Assembly (NCBI RefSeq): GCF_000008465.1
Contig: NC_006512.1
Location: forward strand, 2,250,001-2,282,000
DNA: 32,000 bases
Direction: 5' to 3'
From: Idiomarina loihiensis L2TR
GTDB taxonomy: Bacteria > Pseudomonadota > Gammaproteobacteria > Enterobacterales > Alteromonadaceae
The translations under genes and the position numbers were made by a program. Numbering within the stretch: the first letter of the stretch is position 1; each line of letters opens with the position of its first letter. The notes beneath the pieces are model-generated. The model was given only the letters and a program-made list of their open reading frames with translations. It did no database searches and was not told the origin of the DNA. This document shows positions 27,669-32,000 of this stretch, piece after piece.

Positions 27669-27699
27669 GTCAGGTTTGCTTTAGCCCAGCAGACCTGAC
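27669..27699. terminator. 12 bp-stem hairpin between and over the convergent dxs and pgpA 3' ends, a possible bidirectional attenuator or terminator
   Basis: GTCAGGTTTGCT (27669-27680) pairs with AGCAGACCTGAC (27688-27699), with one G-T pair. The 7 nt loop TTAGCCC contains the pgpA stop codon. There is no adjacent T-tract. Confidence 0.3.
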
Positions 27700-28163
27700 A
27701 ACCACCAACCTAAATGCAGTAATACTGCCGAGAAAATACCCGCCAGCACGTCATCCATCATAATACCGTTACCGCCACTTAGCTTTTTATCTGCCCAGCC
27801 AATTGGACCTGGTTTCCAGATATCAAAAATGCGGAACAACACAAACGCCGCCAGCAACCAAAATGGCTCTACAGGCAGTGCGAACATGGCAACGGCATAG
27901 CCAACTATTTCATCCCAGACAATTGAAGGGTGGTCGTGTTCCCCCATTGCCTTAGCGGTATACTGGCATATCCAAATACCGGCCAGCGTCATTACCACCA
28001 GAGCCAGCAAATATTCCCACCAGTTAAGTGGAGCTAATAAAAAAACGGCCGGAATACCAATAAGTGTTCCAAAGGTACCCGGCGCTTTAGGAGCAAGACC
28101 GGAGCCAAAACCCAACGCAAGCCAATGTATGGGGTTAAACCATGAAAGTTTCGCATGAGACAT
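27681..28163 (-). CDS. pgpA: Phosphatidylglycerophosphatase A
   Basis: The 160 aa protein has the motifs GFGSGL.PKAPGTFGT and IVWDEIVG...FRIFDIWKP. Confidence 0.9.
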   Translation of the reverse strand: MSHAKLSWFNPIHWLALGFGSGLAPKAPGTFGTLIGIPAVFLLAPLNWWEYLLALVVMTLAGIWICQYTAKAMGEHDHPSIVWDEIVGYAVAMFALPVEPFWLLAAFVLFRIFDIWKPGPIGWADKKLSGGNGIMMDDVLAGIFSAVLLHLGWWLSGLLG

Positions 28164-28186
28164 GGACTAGTGGCTCCTTAAATCTC

Positions 28187-29182
28187 TTATTTACTGGCTT
28201 CGTTCTGCGGAAAGTGATTAAAGCTACTATAACCCTCAGCCAGTAACCAGTCTTCGCCATTATAGCGCAACTGAATGTCACCGGATTCACCGTTCGCTAC
28301 GCGACCAATACATACCGGTCGGGTCTTAAGGTGCGTGGTTAAGGTTTCCATACGCCCCCGATGTTCCTCGGGCAAGGTAAAGCAAAGCTCGTAGTCGTCT
28401 CCGGCGGTCAAAGCCAAAGCAAGTGCGTCATCCACCTGAAGTGTTTCGGTTAACGCCAGTGACAGCGGCAGCTTTTCCAGTTCCAGTTGCGCCTGAGTGC
28501 CGGCTTCTGTCATTAAATGCCGTAAATCGGCCAGCAGACCGTCAGAAATATCAATGCAGGAACTTGCTACGCCTCGCAGACTTTGCCCTAAAGCGACTCT
28601 GGGGGTGGGGTAATGCAGGCGCTCTATCACCTGCTGCAAATGTCGTCCGGTTGTGCTCACTTTATTTTGCGTAACCTGCAAGCCTAGGCCAGCATCACCT
28701 AAAGAGCCGCTGACATAAATCCAGTCGCCCGCCTTTGCCCCGGAACGCGGTATCGCGCTGCCCGAAGGCAGTTGTCCATGAGCTGTAATAGTTATTGTCA
28801 GCGGGCCTTTGGTTGTGTCGCCGCCAATTAACTGGCAATCGTAATAACTGCAAATTTCATCCAGGCCACCACTAAATTCCTGTAGCCAGTCTTCGTCCAT
28901 ACGAGGAAGCGTCAAAGCCAGACTGATCCAGCACGGCTGAGCGCCCATAGCCGCTAAGTCGCTTAAGTTCACGGCAACACTTTTATGACCAATAGCACGG
29001 GGTGGCGTGGTCATATCAAAATGCACACCTTCAACCAGAGTATCGGTAACAATGACCAGGTCATGCTCAGGCATTGGCCGGACAACAGCGCCGTCATCTC
29101 CAATGCCCATAGCAACATCGCCCCGTTTTGCGGAGCGATGAGTGAAGTATTCATTAATTAGCGAAAATTCATCGCGGGGCAT
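28187..29182 (-). CDS. thiL: Thiamine-monophosphate kinase
   Basis: It has the AIR-synthase-like fold motifs GIGDDGAV, VAVNLSDLAAMGA and IDISDGL. It sits in the nusB-thiL-pgpA synteny. Confidence 0.9.
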   Translation of the reverse strand: MPRDEFSLINEYFTHRSAKRGDVAMGIGDDGAVVRPMPEHDLVIVTDTLVEGVHFDMTTPPRAIGHKSVAVNLSDLAAMGAQPCWISLALTLPRMDEDWLQEFSGGLDEICSYYDCQLIGGDTTKGPLTITITAHGQLPSGSAIPRSGAKAGDWIYVSGSLGDAGLGLQVTQNKVSTTGRHLQQVIERLHYPTPRVALGQSLRGVASSCIDISDGLLADLRHLMTEAGTQAQLELEKLPLSLALTETLQVDDALALALTAGDDYELCFTLPEEHRGRMETLTTHLKTRPVCIGRVANGESGDIQLRYNGEDWLLAEGYSSFNHFPQNEASK

Positions 29183-29185
29183 AAG

Positions 29186-29605
29186 TTACTGCCTGGTTGG
29201 GCGGAAAGTGTCTACTGCTTTATCGAGTACGCCGTTGACAAAACGATGGCTTTCATCGGCACCAAAAGATTTAGCCAGCTCTATTGCTTCGTTGATAGCC
29301 ACTTTATAGGGTACATCAACGCGTTCACGCAACTCATAAGCCGCCAGTCGAAGAACAGCCAGTTCAATAGGGTCAAGCTCTTTAATCGGTCTGTCTAAAA
29401 AAGGTTCCAGCGCTTCATCCAGTGTCCGGTAATGCCCGCCAACACCACGGACTAACTCTAAAAAGTAGTCAACGTCCACTTTGCTGGTGTCATTTTCCGT
29501 TAAAAATTGAGCCTCAATATCGCTAAAGCTGTTTTGCGATAGCTGCCATGAGTAAATTGCTTGCACGGCCAACTTGCGGGCCTTTCTTCTTGCTGCGGGT
29601 TTCAT
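29186..29605 (-). CDS. nusB: Transcription antitermination factor NusB
   Basis: The 139 aa protein begins [17 protein letters not shown]. It sits in the ribH-nusB synteny. Confidence 0.95.
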   Translation of the reverse strand: MKPAARRKARKLAVQAIYSWQLSQNSFSDIEAQFLTENDTSKVDVDYFLELVRGVGGHYRTLDEALEPFLDRPIKELDPIELAVLRLAAYELRERVDVPYKVAINEAIELAKSFGADESHRFVNGVLDKAVDTFRPTRQ

Positions 29606-29615
29606 TTGAAGTATC

Positions 29616-30080
29616 TCAGAGTTGTTTCAGTACATTGACCATTTCAAGCGCGCTTAATGCGGCTTCCGAGCCTTTATTTCCGGCTTTAGAACCACTGCGC
29701 TCAATGGCTTGTTCCAGCGTATCGGTAGTGATAACACCAAATGCGACAGGTAAATCAAACTCGGTCGCAACCCGGCCTAAACCACTATTACATTCACCGG
29801 CAACAAACTCGAAGTGTGGTGTTCCACCGCGAATAACCGCACCGACCGCAATAATTGCGTCATACTTACCAGAGCTGGCCAGACGTTTCGCCGTTACCGG
29901 CATTTCATAAGCACCGGGAACACGCACAACGGTTATATCGTCGTCCGCTACTTCGCCATAATGCTTTAATGTCTGCACAGCACCGTCTAATAAGCTTTCA
30001 ACCATAAAATGGTTAAAGCGAGAAACGATAATGGCAAACTTTTTACCAGCCGCGTTTATTCCACCTTCAATTACCTGCAT
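29616..30080 (-). CDS. ribH: 6,7-dimethyl-8-ribityllumazine synthase
   Basis: The 154 aa protein contains [30 protein letters not shown] and the GNKG motif. Confidence 0.95.
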   Translation of the reverse strand: MQVIEGGINAAGKKFAIIVSRFNHFMVESLLDGAVQTLKHYGEVADDDITVVRVPGAYEMPVTAKRLASSGKYDAIIAVGAVIRGGTPHFEFVAGECNSGLGRVATEFDLPVAFGVITTDTLEQAIERSGSKAGNKGSEAALSALEMVNVLKQL

Positions 30081-30135
30081 GAGTTTTCCTTATTAACCGT
30101 TCGTTAATTGCGCGCGATCATAGCACAATGTGGGG

Positions 30136-30786
30136 CTATTTGCGTGAAATTGAGTAGGAGAAATACCTTTCCTGGGCATCTAAGTCACGACCCAGCGAGC
30201 GGGCACTACTGCTTTCCAGTAGCTGCAAAGCCGTTTCGTTATTTTCTGATACCGGAAACAGCACTTGCCGCCAGGGCCAACTTGCTTCCAGCCAGTCTTT
30301 TAAAAGCACAAAAAAATCGTTATGCAAGTTATCGTCAATGGCCGATTCTAAAAGCCACCAACTGACCTCAGCATTATAAGCACTGCGTGAAATGCCGTTT
30401 CTTTCTTGTCTACTGGCAGCCACCGGTACCATATAAACGGCTCCAATAATGGACTTATCTGCCTTATCAATCACCAAATAAGTAAAAGCTGTTTGCGCTT
30501 TTGCCTGCTCCAAGTGGTAATTCACCATGGTTTCGTTTTGCTGAAGAGTGCTTTTTTCAGATGGCCAGGACCATCCCAGTCGCTTATAAAGCCACTTCTG
30601 CGACGTCATATAGCTGTGAAAGAAACGCTCGGCATCGGAGCTTTTAAGAGGACGAATAATTAAGCTATTACCTTCGGCATATTCGGGGACAACCCATTCT
30701 TTTTGCCAGAAGTCTGCTGCTACTGCCACATTAAATAGCGGCAGTATTAACAGGAGCAGAAAACTACGAAAAAGCGTTCTCAACAC
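30136..30786 (-). CDS. Secreted or periplasmic hypothetical protein with a GNAT (RimJ/RimL-like acetyltransferase) fold-like pattern
   Basis: An N-terminal signal peptide (LLLLILPLFNVAVAADF) is followed by a LIIRPL...D......Y pattern resembling Acetyltransf_3 N-termini. I cannot see a clear Q/RxxGxG/A acetyl-CoA motif. Confidence 0.4.
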   Translation of the reverse strand: MLRTLFRSFLLLLILPLFNVAVAADFWQKEWVVPEYAEGNSLIIRPLKSSDAERFFHSYMTSQKWLYKRLGWSWPSEKSTLQQNETMVNYHLEQAKAQTAFTYLVIDKADKSIIGAVYMVPVAASRQERNGISRSAYNAEVSWWLLESAIDDNLHNDFFVLLKDWLEASWPWRQVLFPVSENNETALQLLESSSARSLGRDLDAQERYFSYSISRK

Positions 30787-31382
30787 GCTTCTCCATGCTT
30801 ACCGTGCGCATGCTCAAAATAAGATTTAACCCGGGCGAGCTCTTTTTCCAGTTCATCGCCAATCATCAGCGCGGGGCCTATATCGATAGCTTTACGTGCA
30901 TAGTCAAAAGCTATGGGGACAACAGGTACACGAGCTTGCTGTGCCATATGTAAAAAGCCTTTTTTCCACTCTTTTACACGCTTTCTTGTGCCTTCAGGAG
31001 TTATCACTAGAATCAGTTCATTTTTCTCCCGAAACTCCCTCACCATATTTCCAACAACACCATTTGCGCTGCTTCTGTCTATGGGGAGACCGCCCAGTTT
31101 GGTTAACAAACCTTTCAGCGGAAAACGGAACAGACTGCTCTTAGCTAAATAATTCAGCTTTAACCCCATAGCTAGCATGACGCAGGCTCCAACCGGGAAG
31201 TCCCAGTTAGATGTGTGCGGCGCAACCGGAAGAATCGCCTTTCTCACGTGAGGCATTTCGCCATTAATTTTCCAGCCGCCCAGTACACGTAAGCCCAAAC
31301 GACCTACCCAGCGCAAAAACCGGTTATGGCTAACAGGGAATTCGCCTTTAACAAATTCCGGAATTACTTGTTTATCGGTCAT
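30780..31382 (-). CDS. PlsC-family lysophospholipid / 1-acyl-sn-glycerol-3-phosphate acyltransferase
   Basis: It has the HX4D motif (PHTSNWDF) and the EGTR motif (ITPEGTRKR). It overlaps the downstream gene by 7 bp. Confidence 0.75.
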   Translation of the reverse strand: MTDKQVIPEFVKGEFPVSHNRFLRWVGRLGLRVLGGWKINGEMPHVRKAILPVAPHTSNWDFPVGACVMLAMGLKLNYLAKSSLFRFPLKGLLTKLGGLPIDRSSANGVVGNMVREFREKNELILVITPEGTRKRVKEWKKGFLHMAQQARVPVVPIAFDYARKAIDIGPALMIGDELEKELARVKSYFEHAHGKHGEAC

Positions 31383-31386
31383 AAAA

Positions 31387-32000
31387 TTACTGTAGTACCC
31401 GTCTTATCTCGCGTAATTTTTCTTTCACTCGCTTAATGTTTTCAGGGCCCATGCGAATCAGTTGTTTCTGCGCTGCAGGCAATGACTCATAAGACTCGTT
31501 AGCAAAAGTATACATAACGCTGTCGTCTTTTACCTGAACCAATCCCTCCGGAACCGGAGTATCAAGCATAACATTAATGGCTTCTATCAAGGTGTCATCA
31601 AAGTCTGACTCCGGATAGCCAATTTCTGCGTAGGCTTCTTGCACTAAAGGCTTAAATAACTCATAGTTTTCTGCCAGTGCGTCAGGTTGCAAACTTACAA
31701 ACCAGTCAACTAAAGCGTCGTATCGGCGATAGCTGCTTTCATCAATATAGAGTTCACCATCTACCTCCAGCACACTAAAACGACCGTCGGGACGCTGAAC
31801 AATAGTACGTTCACGAACAATGCTGCCGTTGCTGATATTGTCCATCAGCACAACTGCGTCACGAATAATCTGAGAGCTTTTTAATGGACGAATGTTAACG
31901 TCGGTTGAGTCAAGATTCTGAAGCACCGTTGGTGTGCTATTGTCCAGCTCTGGCAAGGCAATAGGTTCGGGCTCAGGTTCAGCAGGCTCTTGTTCCGGTT
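31387..32000 (-). CDS. Hypothetical protein with a Pro/Glu-rich linker (possibly DUF3014-like), 5'-truncated by the window end
   Basis: The M at 31956 in the track is a TTG codon. The frame stays open to position 32000 and reads ...PEQEPAEPEPEPIALPELDN, so the true start lies outside the window. Confidence 0.5.
   Translation of the reverse strand, partial: PEQEPAEPEPEPIALPELDNSTPTVLQNLDSTDVNIRPLKSSQIIRDAVVLMDNISNGSIVRERTIVQRPDGRFSVLEVDGELYIDESSYRRYDALVDWFVSLQPDALAENYELFKPLVQEAYAEIGYPESDFDDTLIEAINVMLDTPVPEGLVQVKDDSVMYTFANESYESLPAAQKQLIRMGPENIKRVKEKLREIRRVLQ

Noticed and set aside
1-32000. Search for CRISPR arrays, tRNA or rRNA genes, transposases, integrases, toxin-antitoxin pairs or known defence-system genes
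   Set aside because: I saw no regularly spaced direct repeats, no tRNA-like T-arm or acceptor signatures, and no ORFs with recombinase, nuclease-NTPase or reverse-transcriptase motifs. All large ORFs have ordinary assignments. This rests on reading the sequence by eye and is not exhaustive.

Overview
This window looks like chromosomal DNA from a marine gammaproteobacterium, probably Alteromonadales- or Vibrionales-like. The taxonomic guess is inference from gene content and synteny: a TonB2-type ttpB-ttpC-exbB-exbD-tonB-ttpD cluster, and a PomA/PomB sodium-type stator next to thiI and xseB-ispA-dxs. Coding density is high and most genes are ordinary core functions. These are a porin, the TonB2 energy-transduction cluster, an orphan sensor kinase, rdgC, an HDOD protein, an M49-like lipoprotein peptidase, a SulP transporter with a tandem Usp protein, a DEAD-box helicase, thiI, pomAB, xseB-ispA-dxs, pgpA-thiL-nusB-ribH, and a PlsC-family acyltransferase.

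The one clearly accessory-looking segment is an arsenic-resistance islet of about 4.7 kb (about 11.66-16.39 kb). It carries an ArsC-ArsR fusion protein, Acr3, and the GAPDH-ArsJ arsenate module. Two families of intergenic palindromic repeats are embedded in and around it. The first family has three copies of a 155-165 bp imperfect palindrome whose stems stay complementary although the stem sequences differ between copies. The second is a 22 bp REP-like hairpin unit present as a single copy, as an inverted pair, and as a partial copy at the left edge of the window.

I found no rRNA, tRNA, CRISPR array, transposase, integrase or recognisable defence system, and I do not see a convincing new multi-gene protein system. 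The long palindrome family and the ArsC-ArsR fusion are the items most worth follow-up.

Some M residues in the ORF track are alternative start codons (GTG or TTG). Several 5' ends are therefore uncertain, and the last ORF continues beyond the window end.
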